In this document: positions 9,297 through 18,866 of the stretch, piece after piece
Numbering within the stretch: the stretch's first letter is position 1
Layout: every line of letters starts with the position of its first letter
NCBI GenBank assembly: GCA_025356865.1
Contig: JANXQJ010000123.1
Location: forward strand, 1-52,930
Source: Deltaproteobacteria bacterium
GTDB taxonomy: Bacteria; Desulfobacterota; Deferrimicrobia; Deferrimicrobiales; Deferrimicrobiaceae
Direction of reading: 5' to 3'
Length of the DNA stretch: 52,930 bases
Program-made: the position numbers and the translations under genes
The notes under the pieces: model-generated
What the model was told of the DNA's origin: nothing
What the model saw: only the letters and a program-made list of their open reading frames with translations
Database searches by the model: none

Positions 9297-10594
9297 TCTG
9301 GAACGACGAATTCGAGACGCTGCCGCGCGAGGCGCTCCAGGCGCTGCAGCTCAAGCGGTTGCGCGACATGGTCGACCGCGTCTTCTCCACGGTGCCGTTC
9401 TACCGGTCGAAACTCTCCGATGCGGGCTACGTGCCGGGGGCGATCCGGACGCTGACCGACCTGGCCGCGCTTCCCTTCACCACCAAGGAAGACCTTCGCG
9501 TCACCTATCCGTTCGGCCTCTTCGCCGAGCCGATGGAGCGGGTCGTCCGGATCCACGCCTCGTCGGGCACGACCGGCAAGCCGGTCGTCGTCGGCTACAC
9601 AAAGAAGGACATCGACACCTGGTCCGAGCTGATGGCGCGCACGCTGTCGTGCGGCCACGCGACCCACCGGGACGTCATCCAGATCGCCTACGGCTACGGG
9701 CTGTTCACCGGCGGCCTGGGCGCCCACTACGGCGCCGAGAAGCTGGGCGGCACCGTCATCCCGATGTCGGGCGGCAACAACAAGCGCCAGATCATGCTCA
9801 TGCAGGATTTCCGCTCGACCGTCCTGATGTCCACGCCTTCCTACGCGCTCAACCTGGCCGAGATCATGGGCGAGGAGGGGGTCGATCCCGAGACGCTCGC
9901 GCTGCGGGTCGGCTTCTTCGGCGCCGAGCCGTGGAGCGAGGCGATGCGCGCCGAGATCGAGAAGAAGCTCAAGATCGACGCCATCGACATCTACGGCCTC
10001 TCCGAGGTGATGGGCCCCGGCGTCGCCTCCGAATGCCTCGAGGAAAAACACGGGCTCCACGTGTTCGAGGACCATTTCATCCCCGAGATCATCGACCCGG
10101 CGACCGGCGGCGTGCTTCCGTGGGGCGAAACGGGCGAACTGGTCTTCACCACGATCACGAAGGAAGCGTTCCCGGTCATCCGGTACCGCACGCGCGACAT
10201 CTCGCGCCTCATCCCGGAGCCGTGCCGGTGCGGCCGCACCCACGTCCGGATGGAGCGCGTCTCGGGCCGCACCGACGACATGCTCATCATCCGCGGCGTC
10301 AACGTATTCCCGTCGCAGATCGAGTCGGTGCTGATGGCGGTCGAGGGCGTCGAGCCGCACTACCAGCTGATCGTCTCGCGCGAGGAATCGCTCGATGTCC
10401 TCGAGGTGCAGGTCGAGGTCGAGGAGGCGATCTTCTCCGACACGATCCGGGCGCTCGAGACGCTGTCGCGTCGCGTCGAGCACACGATCAAGGACCTGCT
10501 CGGCGTGTCGTGCAAGGTCAAGCTCGTCGAGCCCAAGTCGATCCAGCGCAGCGAAGGCAAGGCCAAGCGCGTGATCGACAACCGCAAACTGTAA
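9293..10594 (+). CDS. paaK: Phenylacetate-CoA ligase family protein (copy 1)
   Basis: [80 protein letters not shown]. Confidence 0.93.
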   Translation: MIWNDEFETLPREALQALQLKRLRDMVDRVFSTVPFYRSKLSDAGYVPGAIRTLTDLAALPFTTKEDLRVTYPFGLFAEPMERVVRIHASSGTTGKPVVVGYTKKDIDTWSELMARTLSCGHATHRDVIQIAYGYGLFTGGLGAHYGAEKLGGTVIPMSGGNNKRQIMLMQDFRSTVLMSTPSYALNLAEIMGEEGVDPETLALRVGFFGAEPWSEAMRAEIEKKLKIDAIDIYGLSEVMGPGVASECLEEKHGLHVFEDHFIPEIIDPATGGVLPWGETGELVFTTITKEAFPVIRYRTRDISRLIPEPCRCGRTHVRMERVSGRTDDMLIIRGVNVFPSQIESVLMAVEGVEPHYQLIVSREESLDVLEVQVEVEEAIFSDTIRALETLSRRVEHTIKDLLGVSCKVKLVEPKSIQRSEGKAKRVIDNRKL

Positions 10595-10804
10595 CGCGCG
10601 GGGGGGAGCCGATCGGCCGTCGGGCGCTCGGGCGTCCCGTGTACCCCTTTCCGGGGGACGGTTTGCTCCCGCATCCATGCGCTCGCGGCGCCTCGGGTGG
10701 GCAGGCTCGCGGCGCCATCCATGGCGCCCAAGAACGCTCGGCCCACACGCCCCCGGAAAAGGGCACCCGGGCCGCTTCCGCTCGGGGGAGCCGATCGGCG
10801 TTAC
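10591..10804. repeat. Palindromic intergenic element A (long hairpin flanked by 16-bp direct repeats)
   Basis: GGGGGAGCCGATCGGC at 10602-10617 and 10784-10799; 22-bp inverted arms 10636-10657 / 10750-10771 (19/22 match); core GGCGCCATCCATGGCGCC at 10711-10728; outer GTAACGC/GCGTTAC inverted pair. Confidence 0.75.
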
Positions 10805-10827
10805 CTCCGGCGTAAGCCCAAGCGGTG

Positions 10828-10975
10828 CCGGATGCGCGCTCGACTGCCAACTGCAAGTTGCAGTTCTACGCCCGGTGCGCAGGGCTCCGGGTGCGCGAAT
10901 CAGGGGGCCTCCCGCTTCCCGGCGTAGGGGGGGCTTTAAATGAGGCGAAGGCCGGCAGTTGTCCCGCGTCCCGGA
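10828..10975. repeat. Nested-hairpin intergenic element B
   Basis: Begins CCGGATGC; nested inverted pairs ACTGCC/GGCAGT and CTACGCC/GGCGTAG; contains perfect palindrome AACTGCAA-G-TTGCAGTT (10849-10865). Confidence 0.5.
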
Positions 10976-10999
10976 TCCCGCCACGGTGGCGCGCGATAC

Positions 11000-11264
11000 C
11001 GGATGCCCTCTGCTTCCGTAGCGGAGCGGGACGGGGGAGCGAGACCCGATTTTCCGTATCGGAGCTCCGCAGAGAGCGCCGAGCGCATAGCGAGGATGAG
11101 GCGCGATGGATGGCGCCGAAAGCGAACGAAGGCCGCCGGCGGAGCATGCTTCCGGATGAAGCATGCGTGAGCCGGTGAGCGAAGTGCCGGTGGATAGAAG
11201 TGTTGCGGCTGTCAACGGAGGCGAACGGCCCCCTCCCGCGTAGCCTAGGATTCAGGGGCATCCG
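11000..11264. mobile_element. MITE/REP-like non-coding element C with 9-bp terminal inverted repeats
   Basis: CGGATGCCC (11000-11008) and GGGCATCCG (11256-11264); subterminal inverted pair GCGGGACGGGGG / CCCCCTCCCGC; internal hairpins; related copies at 25048-25090 and 51316-51405. Mobility is inferred, not shown. Confidence 0.6.
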
Positions 11265-11292
11265 ATTCGAACGAGATACTGGAGGTGGCGCG

Positions 11293-11724
11293 ATGAAGGT
11301 CGAGCAGATATCGATATTCCTCGAGAACAAGTCGGGGCGGCTGGCCGAGGTGACGGCGACGCTGGCGGAGGCGGGGGTCAACATCCGGGCGCTCTCGCTG
11401 GCCGACACGGCCGACTTCGGCATCCTGCGGCTGATCGTCAACGATTCGGCGAAAGCACGCGACGTGCTCAAGGCGGGCGGTTTCACGGTGGGCAAGAACG
11501 AAGTGGTCGCGCTCGAGGTTCCCGACAACCCGGGGGGGCTCTCCGGCATCCTCCGGCTGCTCGACGGGGCGGGGATCAACGTCGAATACATGTACGCCTT
11601 CGTCCAGCGGTCGGGCGACAACGCGATCATCATCTTCCGCTTCGACGAGATCGACAAGGCGATCGAGACGCTCACGCAGGCGGGCGTCCGGGTGCTCAAG
11701 GGCGAGGAAGTCTACGCGCTCTGA
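11293..11724 (+). CDS. Tandem ACT-domain protein
   Basis: [17 protein letters not shown]...[20 protein letters not shown]...[10 protein letters not shown]...INVEYMYAF; GGAGG RBS; typical paaK neighbour. Confidence 0.92.
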   Translation: MKVEQISIFLENKSGRLAEVTATLAEAGVNIRALSLADTADFGILRLIVNDSAKARDVLKAGGFTVGKNEVVALEVPDNPGGLSGILRLLDGAGINVEYMYAFVQRSGDNAIIIFRFDEIDKAIETLTQAGVRVLKGEEVYAL

Positions 11725-11794
11725 CGACGGATTTGGCTTGGGGACGAACCGCCCTTTTCGGGGCGGATATCGCAATGTACGGGAGGAGAAGGCG

Positions 11795-12943
11795 ATGAAA
11801 GGCATGAAACTGGTTCTGGCGGCGATGCTGGGGGGCGCGCTGCTCTTCGGGGGGACGGCTTTCGCGAACGAGCCGATCAAGATCGGGGCGATCTTCTCGG
11901 TCACGGGTCCGGCCGCGTTCCTGGGCGAGCCCGAGCGCAACACGGTCAAGATGATGGAAGAAGAGATCAACAAGGCGGGCGGCCTGCTGGGGCGCAAGAT
12001 CGAGGTCGTCGTCTACGACGACGAGAGCGACGCGACCAAGGCGGTCACCGCGATCGACCGGCTGATCAAGAAGGACCGGGTGGTCGCGATCATCGGGCCG
12101 AGCACCTCGGGCAACACGCTGGCGATCATCTCCAAGGTCGAGGAGGCGAAGATCCCGCTGGTTTCGTGCGCGTCCGCCAAGAAGATCAACCTGCCGGTCA
12201 AGAAGTACGTGTTCAAGACGGCGCAGAGCGACGCGATCTTCGTCAAGAAGATCTACCAGCACGCGAAGAAGAGCGGATGGACAAAGGTGGCGCTCCTCTC
12301 GGCTTCCGACGCCTACGGTTCCGCCGGGCGCGAAGACCTCAAGGAACTGGCCGCGCAATTCGGCGTCACGGTCGTGGCCGACGAGGTGTTCGGACCGAAA
12401 GACACCGACATGACGGCCCAGCTGACCAAGATCAAGGGGACGGCGGCACAGGCGATCATCTGCTGGGGCACCAATCCCGGGCCGGCGGTCATCGCGCGCA
12501 ACCGGACGCAGCTCGGCATCAAGACGCCGCTCTACATGAGCCAGGGCGTCGCCTCCAAGAAGTTCATCGAACTGGCGGGGAAGGAAAACGCCGAGGGGAT
12601 CTTCCTGCCTGCCGGCCGGTTGCTCGTCGAGGACCAGATCGATCCCAAGCACCCGCAGAAGAAGGTGCTCGCCGGCTACATCAGGGACTACGAAGGCAAG
12701 TTCAAGGGGGGCGTGTCGGCCTTCGGCGGTCACGCGTTCGACGCCATGAACCTGCTCGAGATGGCGATCCGCAACGGCAAATCCGCGGAGCCAGAAACGA
12801 TCCGGGACCAGATCGAGAAGATTCGCGCCTTCTGGGGCGCGGGCGGCGAGTTCAACCTGTCGGCGGCGGACCACAGCGGGCTGACCGAGGACTCGATGGT
12901 GATGGTCAAGATCGTCAAGGGCGACTGGGACCTGATCAAGTAA
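11795..12943 (+). CDS. Liv/HAAT-family ABC substrate-binding protein (copy 1)
   Basis: Signal peptide (AFA-N), IKIGAIFSVTGPAAFLG, INKAGGLLGRKIEVVVYDDESD; GGAGGAG RBS. Confidence 0.92.
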   Translation: MKGMKLVLAAMLGGALLFGGTAFANEPIKIGAIFSVTGPAAFLGEPERNTVKMMEEEINKAGGLLGRKIEVVVYDDESDATKAVTAIDRLIKKDRVVAIIGPSTSGNTLAIISKVEEAKIPLVSCASAKKINLPVKKYVFKTAQSDAIFVKKIYQHAKKSGWTKVALLSASDAYGSAGREDLKELAAQFGVTVVADEVFGPKDTDMTAQLTKIKGTAAQAIICWGTNPGPAVIARNRTQLGIKTPLYMSQGVASKKFIELAGKENAEGIFLPAGRLLVEDQIDPKHPQKKVLAGYIRDYEGKFKGGVSAFGGHAFDAMNLLEMAIRNGKSAEPETIRDQIEKIRAFWGAGGEFNLSAADHSGLTEDSMVMVKIVKGDWDLIK

Positions 12944-12972
12944 CCGACAATTCAGGCAATGGGAGGAATGAG

Positions 12973-14121
12973 ATGAAGGGGATGAAACTGTTTTCGGCGG
13001 CGTTGCTGGGGGGCGCGCTGCTTTTCGGGGGCGTTGCCATCGCGTCCGAGCCGATCAAGATCGGTGCGATTTTTTCGGTGACGGGGCCCGCGGCATTTCT
13101 CGGCGAGCCCGAACGCAACACGGCCAAGATGCTCGAGGAAGAGATCAACAAGGCGGGCGGACTGCTCGGCCGCAAGATCGAGGTCGTGGTCTACGACGAC
13201 GAGAGCGATCCCACCAAGGCGGTGACCGCGGTCGACCGGCTGATCAAGAAGGACAAGGTCGTCGCGATCATCGGCCCCAGCACGACGGGCAGCACGCTGG
13301 CAATCGCTTCCAAGGTCGAAGAGGCGAAGGTGCCGCTGGTATCGTGCGCGGCCGCGATCGACATCGTCCTGCCCGTTCGCAAGTTCGTGTTCAAGACGCC
13401 GCAGAGCGACCTGCTCGCGGTGAAGCATATCTACCGTCACGCGAAAAAGAACGGCATCTCCAAGGTTGCGATCCTGACCGCGTCCGATGCGTTCGGCTCG
13501 GCGGGCCGGAAGGAACTCAAGGAACTGGCCGGCAAGTCCGAGATGACGATCGTCTCCGACGAGGTTTTCGGGCCGAAAGACACCGACATGAACGCGCAAC
13601 TCACCAAGATCAAGGGGACGGGGGCACAGGCGATCATCTGCTGGGGCACCAACCCGGGTCCCGCGGTCATCGCGCGCAACCGGAAGCAGCTCGGCATCAC
13701 GATGCCGCTCTACATGAGCCACGGCGTGGCGTCCAACAAGTTCATCGAGCTGGCCGGGAAAGAGAACGCCGAGGGGATCGTGCTTCCCGCGGGGCGGCTG
13801 GTCGTCGACGAACAGGTGGCGGCGAACCATCCGCAGAAGAAGCTGCTCACCTCGTACGTGAAAGATTACGAGACGCGGTTCAAGGTCCCGGTTTCCTCGT
13901 TCGGGGGATACTCCTGGGACGCGCTTTCGCTGGTTGCGCAGGCGATCCGGGCCGGCAAGTCCGCGGAGTCCGCCGCGATCCGCGATTCGCTCGAAAAGAC
14001 CAAGGGCTACGTGGGTACGACGGGCGAGTTCACCTTCACGCCGGCGGATCACAACGGGCTGACGGAAGAAGCGTTCGTGATGGTCAAGATCACCAAAGGC
14101 GGATGGGAGATGCTCAAGTAA
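12973..14121 (+). CDS. Liv/HAAT-family ABC substrate-binding protein (copy 2, tandem paralog)
   Basis: Long stretches identical to copy 1 (e.g. QLTKIKGT.AQAIICWGTNPGPAVIARNR); GGGAGG RBS. Confidence 0.92.
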   Translation: MKGMKLFSAALLGGALLFGGVAIASEPIKIGAIFSVTGPAAFLGEPERNTAKMLEEEINKAGGLLGRKIEVVVYDDESDPTKAVTAVDRLIKKDKVVAIIGPSTTGSTLAIASKVEEAKVPLVSCAAAIDIVLPVRKFVFKTPQSDLLAVKHIYRHAKKNGISKVAILTASDAFGSAGRKELKELAGKSEMTIVSDEVFGPKDTDMNAQLTKIKGTGAQAIICWGTNPGPAVIARNRKQLGITMPLYMSHGVASNKFIELAGKENAEGIVLPAGRLVVDEQVAANHPQKKLLTSYVKDYETRFKVPVSSFGGYSWDALSLVAQAIRAGKSAESAAIRDSLEKTKGYVGTTGEFTFTPADHNGLTEEAFVMVKITKGGWEMLK

Positions 14122-15003
14122 GTGCCGTTCTCCTCGATCCTGCAATTCATCGTTTCCGGGGTGACCGTGGGCGCCACGTACGGGCTCACGGCCCTCGGAT
14201 TCACGATGATCTACAACACGACCGGCATCATCAACTTCGCCCAGGGCGAATTCGTCATGCTGGGCGGGATGCTGGCGGTGTTCTCGATGAAATGGGGGGG
14301 GCTGCCGCTCCCCGTGGCGGTGCCCCTTTCCGTTCTGCTCGTGACCGCCGTGGGCGTGGGGGTCGACCGGTTGACCATCCGTCCGATGCGCGGAAGGCCC
14401 ACCGTATCGCTCGTCATCGTGACGATCGGCGTCGCGATCCTGCTGCGCGGGGGGGCGATGCTGCTGTTCGGCAAGGACACCCATTCGCTGCCTCCGTTTT
14501 CGGAAGGGCCCGCGATTCCGATCGGCGGCGCGGCGTTGCTCCCGCAGAGCATCTGGGTCCTCGGGATCACCCTGGCGGTGCTGGTCGCCATGAAGCTGTT
14601 CTTCGACCGGACGATCACCGGAAAGGCGATGCTCGCCTGCGCCTGCGACCGGAAGGCCGCGTCGCTCATGGGGATCAACGTCGACGTGATGGTGACGGTC
14701 TCGTTCGCGTTTTCCGCACTCGTGGGGGCGCTGGGCGGCGTGATCCTGGCGCCGATCACGCTGACGGCGTACGACGTCGGCATCCTGCTGGGTCTCAAAG
14801 GGTTCGCCGCCTGCATCCTCGGCGGGCTCGGAAACCCGTTCGGCGCGGTGGCGGGCGGCCTCATCATCGGCGTCCTCGAATCGCTGGGCGCCGGTTTCCT
14901 CTCCTCGGGCTACAAGGACGCGATCGCGTTCGTCATCCTGCTGGCGCTTCTTTTCCTGCGCCCCTCGGGCCTGTTCGGCAAGGCGTCGGCGGACAGGGTA
15001 TAG
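14122..15003 (+). CDS. livH: Liv-type ABC permease
   Basis: GATYGLTALGFTMIYNTTGIINFAQGEF, KGFAACILGGLGN, LRPSGLFG. Confidence 0.9.
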   Translation: MPFSSILQFIVSGVTVGATYGLTALGFTMIYNTTGIINFAQGEFVMLGGMLAVFSMKWGGLPLPVAVPLSVLLVTAVGVGVDRLTIRPMRGRPTVSLVIVTIGVAILLRGGAMLLFGKDTHSLPPFSEGPAIPIGGAALLPQSIWVLGITLAVLVAMKLFFDRTITGKAMLACACDRKAASLMGINVDVMVTVSFAFSALVGALGGVILAPITLTAYDVGILLGLKGFAACILGGLGNPFGAVAGGLIIGVLESLGAGFLSSGYKDAIAFVILLALLFLRPSGLFGKASADRV

Positions 15004-15012
15004 GACGCAACG

Positions 15013-16008
15013 ATGTCGTCCATCCGTGAAACGAGTTCGGCGCCGGGACTGGCGCTCTTCGCGGCGGCCATCGTGGCCGCGCCGTTCCTGCTGCCCGATT
15101 ACTACCAGTCGGTCCTGATCGTCGCGGGATTGTTCGCAATCCTCTCGATGGGGCTCAACCTGCTGATGGGATACGCCGGGCAGATCTCGCTCGGGCACGC
15201 GGCGTTCTACGGCCTGTCGGCTTACGCGAGCGGCATCCTGACCACGACTTTTCACTGGCCCGTGCCGGCCGGAATCGCGGCTGGGGTGGTGCTGTCGGGC
15301 GTCACGGCCGCGCTGATCGGGATTCCCACGCTCAAGCTCAAGGGGCACTACCTCGCGATGGGGACGCTGGGCTTCGGCGTCATCGTCTACATCGTCTTCA
15401 ACGAGGCGGTCGCCCTGACGGCCGGGCCTTCCGGCTTGACGGGAATCCCCCGTCTCTCGGCATTCGGAAAGATCTTCTCGACCGACCGGGAATATTATTT
15501 CGTCGTATGGGGGACGGTCTTCCTGCTCTTCGTCCTTGCCCGAAATCTCGTCCGGTCCCGCATGGGGCGGGCGCTTCGGGCGATCCATACAAGCGAGTCG
15601 GCGGCGTCCGTGCTCGGCATCGACGTCGCCCGCTACAAGGCTTTCGTCTTCGTCCTCTCGGCGGTCTACGCCGGGATCGCGGGTGCGCTTTACGCCCACT
15701 TCGTCACCTTCATCTCGCCGGGCTCGTTCAGTTTTCACGCATCCACCCAGGTCGTGACCATGGTCGTCCTGGGCGGGATGGCGTCGCTGTGGGGTGCGGT
15801 CGCGGGGGCCGTGTTCCTGACCGTGCTGCCCGAGTGGCTGCGGGCGATCGAGGATTACGACATCCTGGTCTACGGCGCGATCCTGGTCCTGACCATGCGC
15901 TTTCTCCCCGGCGGGCTGGCCGAAGGGGTCGAACGGGTCCTTTCCGCCCTGGCGTCGATCTTTCGGGGCAAGGCGAAGGCTTCGGGCGGGGAAGGGAAAA
16001 AGCCGTGA
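15013..16008 (+). CDS. livM: Liv-type ABC permease
   Basis: GLNLLMGYAGQISLGHAAFYG, KLKGHYLAMGTLGF, SRMGRALRAI, MVVLGG. Confidence 0.9.
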   Translation: MSSIRETSSAPGLALFAAAIVAAPFLLPDYYQSVLIVAGLFAILSMGLNLLMGYAGQISLGHAAFYGLSAYASGILTTTFHWPVPAGIAAGVVLSGVTAALIGIPTLKLKGHYLAMGTLGFGVIVYIVFNEAVALTAGPSGLTGIPRLSAFGKIFSTDREYYFVVWGTVFLLFVLARNLVRSRMGRALRAIHTSESAASVLGIDVARYKAFVFVLSAVYAGIAGALYAHFVTFISPGSFSFHASTQVVTMVVLGGMASLWGAVAGAVFLTVLPEWLRAIEDYDILVYGAILVLTMRFLPGGLAEGVERVLSALASIFRGKAKASGGEGKKP

Positions 16009-16778
16009 CCGGCCGCGCATCCTATTTCTCCGGCGAGGGGATCACGCTCAGATTCGGCGGCGTGACGGCGCTGCGCGATGTCGCCTTCTCCGTCTCCGAA
16101 GGGACCGTCCACGCCATGATCGGACCGAACGGCGCGGGGAAGACGTCGCTGTTCAACGTCATCACCGGGCTCTATGCCCCCGATTCGGGCACGGTGCGGT
16201 TTGCCGGCGCCTCTCTTTCCGGGCTGCCGCCCCACGCGGTCGCGCAGGCGGGGATCGTCCGCACCTTCCAGAACCTCGAGATCTTCACCAACATGACCGT
16301 GCTCGAAAACGTCCTGACGGGCGCCCACCTCTCGGCGAAATACGGCCCGTTCGATTTTTTCCTGCGCACCCCCCGCTATTTTCGCGAGGAGCGGCGACTC
16401 CGCGAAGAGGCGCTGGCCGAACTGTCGTTCGTCGGGCTCGAGGGGGACGCCTCGCTTCCGGCGGCACAACTTCCGTTCGGGTCGCAACGGATGCTCGAGA
16501 TCGCCCGCGCGCTGGCGGCGCACCCGCGCCTGCTGCTGCTCGACGAACCCGCGGCGGGGCTCAATATCCGCGAGACGTCCGCGCTGGGCGAACTGATCCG
16601 GAAGATCGTGGCGCGCGGCGTGACGGTGGTCATGGTCGAGCACGACATGGCGCTCGTCATGGATATTTCCGACCGCGTCACGGTCCTCAATTACGGCGAA
16701 GTGCTGGCGGACGGCACGCCGGCCGAGGTGCAGCGAAACCCTGCGGTCGTCGCGGCCTATCTGGGCGAGGAGGACTGA
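16005..16778 (+). CDS. livG: Liv-type ABC ATP-binding protein
   Basis: FGGVTAL, IGPNGAGKT, RTFQN, LLLDEPAAGL, VEHDM, VVAAYLG; GTGA overlap. Confidence 0.92.
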   Translation: MTGRASYFSGEGITLRFGGVTALRDVAFSVSEGTVHAMIGPNGAGKTSLFNVITGLYAPDSGTVRFAGASLSGLPPHAVAQAGIVRTFQNLEIFTNMTVLENVLTGAHLSAKYGPFDFFLRTPRYFREERRLREEALAELSFVGLEGDASLPAAQLPFGSQRMLEIARALAAHPRLLLLDEPAAGLNIRETSALGELIRKIVARGVTVVMVEHDMALVMDISDRVTVLNYGEVLADGTPAEVQRNPAVVAAYLGEED

Positions 16779-16783
16779 AGGGG

Positions 16784-17512
16784 ATGCTCCGCGTCAAGAA
16801 TCTGCAGGTGCATTACGGGATGATCCACGCGCTGCGATCGGTCTCGGTCCACGTCAAGGAAAAGGAGATCGTGGCGCTGATCGGCGGAAACGGCGCCGGC
16901 AAGACGTCGCTCCTGACCGCCGTATCCGGGCTCATCCGGACGACTTCGGGCGAGGTCGCGCTCGACGGGAGCGACGTCACGAAAGAGAAGGCCGATCGGA
17001 TCGTGCGCAAGGGCATCGCCCACGTTCCCGAGGGGCGGCACGTGTTCAAGCCGCTCTCCGTCGAGGACAACCTGCTTCTCGGCGCCTACCACCGCTTCAC
17101 GTGGCGGACGGCCTCCGTGATTCGCGGGGAGATCGAGCGGGTTTACGCCCTCTTTCCGGTCCTGGGCGAGCGGCGGAAGCAGCCGGCCGGAACGCTGTCG
17201 GGCGGGGAGCAGCAGATGCTGGTCATCGGGCGGGCGCTCCTTTCGCATCCCAAGGTCCTGCTGCTCGACGAGCCGTCGATGGGGCTGGCTCCCAAGGTGA
17301 TCCGCGAAATCTTCGAGCACGTCGCGCGGTTGCGCGCCGAACGGGGAATGACCATCCTGCTGGTCGAGCAGAATGCACGCGCCGCGCTCTCGATCGCCGA
17401 CCGCGGCTACGTGCTCGAGACGGGCCGCGTCGTGCTTCAGGGCAGTTCCGAAGAGTTGCTGGCCAACCGCGATGTCCAGCGCGCCTATCTCGGCAGGGAT
17501 GCCGAACGGTAA
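16784..17512 (+). CDS. livF: Liv-type ABC ATP-binding protein
   Basis: [41 protein letters not shown]. Confidence 0.92.
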   Translation: MLRVKNLQVHYGMIHALRSVSVHVKEKEIVALIGGNGAGKTSLLTAVSGLIRTTSGEVALDGSDVTKEKADRIVRKGIAHVPEGRHVFKPLSVEDNLLLGAYHRFTWRTASVIRGEIERVYALFPVLGERRKQPAGTLSGGEQQMLVIGRALLSHPKVLLLDEPSMGLAPKVIREIFEHVARLRAERGMTILLVEQNARAALSIADRGYVLETGRVVLQGSSEELLANRDVQRAYLGRDAER

Positions 17513-17531
17513 AATGTCTGGAGGAGGAGCG

Positions 17532-18830
17532 ATGTACTGGGAACCGGACTTCGAATGCATGGCGCGTGAAGAACTCGAGCAACTGCAGCTCGAGCGGCTG
17601 CAGTCGACGCTCAACCGCGTCTACGCGCACGTTCCGTTCTACCGGAAGGCGTTCGATGCGATCGGGATGACGCCCGAGGATATCCGGTCGCTCTCCGACC
17701 TGGCGAAGCTGCCGTTCACGACCAAGAACGACCTGCGCGACAGTTACCCGTACGGGCTCTTCGCGGTTCCGCTTCGGGAGGTGGTCCGGATCCACGCCTC
17801 GTCGGGCACGACCGGCACGTCGACCGTCGTCGGCTATACCCGAAACGACATCAAGATCTGGAGCAACTGCGTCGGGCGGATCCTGACGATGGGGGGCGCC
17901 GGCAAGGAAGACGTCATCCAGATCGCCTTCGGCTACGGCTTGTTCACCGGCGGTTTCGGGCTGCACTACGGCGCCGAGCGGATCGGGGCGTCGGTCATCC
18001 CGGTCTCCAGCGGCAACACGGCGCGGCAGATCAAGATCATGAGGGACTTCAAGAGCACGGCGTTCGTTTCAACCCCGTCCTACGCGATGCTGATCGCCGA
18101 TACGATCCGCGAGATGGGGATTCCGCGCGCGGAGCTGTCGCTCAAGTACGGGTTCTTCGGCGGGGAGCCATGGTCCGAGCGGATGCGCCAGGAAATCCAG
18201 GAGAAGCTCGGGATCATCGCGACAGACAACTACGGCCTCTCCGAGGTGATGGGGCCGGGCGTCGCCGGCGAGTGTCTCGAACGGAACGGGCAGCATTTCA
18301 ACGAAGACCATTTCCTCGTCGAGGTGATCGATCCCGAGACGCTGAAGCCGGTGGCGCCGGGCGAGACGGGGGAACTCGTCATCACCACGCTGACGAAGGA
18401 AGCGTTCCCGATGATCCGCTACCGCACGCGCGACCTCACGCGGTTCATGCCCGACGGTTGTCCCTGCGGACGCACGGGCCGGAAGATGGCGCGGATATCC
18501 GGCCGGACCGACGATATGCTGATCATCCGGGGCGTCAACGTGTTCCCGTCGCAGATCGAAGCGGTGCTTTTCGAGATGGAAGGGACCGAGCCGCACTACC
18601 AGATCGTCGTCGACCGCAAGGGGGCGATGGACGAGGTCACCGTCCGGGTCGAGGTGTCCGAGGCGATCTTCTTCGACCAGATGCGGCGCCAGAAGGAAAT
18701 GGTCGAGAAGATCCAGAAACGGATCGCGCACGAGCTGGGAATCAGCGCCGACGTCAAGCTGGTCGAGCCCAAGTCGCTCGAGCGGTTCGAGGGGAAAGCG
18801 ACCCGCGTGATAGACAACAGGAAACTGTGA
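17532..18830 (+). CDS. paaK: Phenylacetate-CoA ligase family protein (copy 2)
   Basis: [54 protein letters not shown]; GGAGGAGGAG RBS. Confidence 0.93.
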   Translation: MYWEPDFECMAREELEQLQLERLQSTLNRVYAHVPFYRKAFDAIGMTPEDIRSLSDLAKLPFTTKNDLRDSYPYGLFAVPLREVVRIHASSGTTGTSTVVGYTRNDIKIWSNCVGRILTMGGAGKEDVIQIAFGYGLFTGGFGLHYGAERIGASVIPVSSGNTARQIKIMRDFKSTAFVSTPSYAMLIADTIREMGIPRAELSLKYGFFGGEPWSERMRQEIQEKLGIIATDNYGLSEVMGPGVAGECLERNGQHFNEDHFLVEVIDPETLKPVAPGETGELVITTLTKEAFPMIRYRTRDLTRFMPDGCPCGRTGRKMARISGRTDDMLIIRGVNVFPSQIEAVLFEMEGTEPHYQIVVDRKGAMDEVTVRVEVSEAIFFDQMRRQKEMVEKIQKRIAHELGISADVKLVEPKSLERFEGKATRVIDNRKL

Positions 18831-18866
18831 CACCGATGATCACTACGGTTTCCACTGGAGGGTGAT

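Noticed and set aside
11136-11176. Kink-turn in the repeat's internal loop
   Set aside because: Tandem GA-like pairs are possible, but the bulge length and flanking pairs do not fit the canonical k-turn, so it was not called.
10595-11292. Small ORFs and a possible CRISPR array in the paaK-ACT gap
   Set aside because: The ORFs lack RBS and motifs; the repeats are inverted or nested rather than regularly spaced with unique spacers; no cas genes.
12952-16020. 1022-aa - strand ORF
   Set aside because: Antisense to well-supported Liv-type ABC genes; Arg/Gly-rich composition with no recognisable domain.
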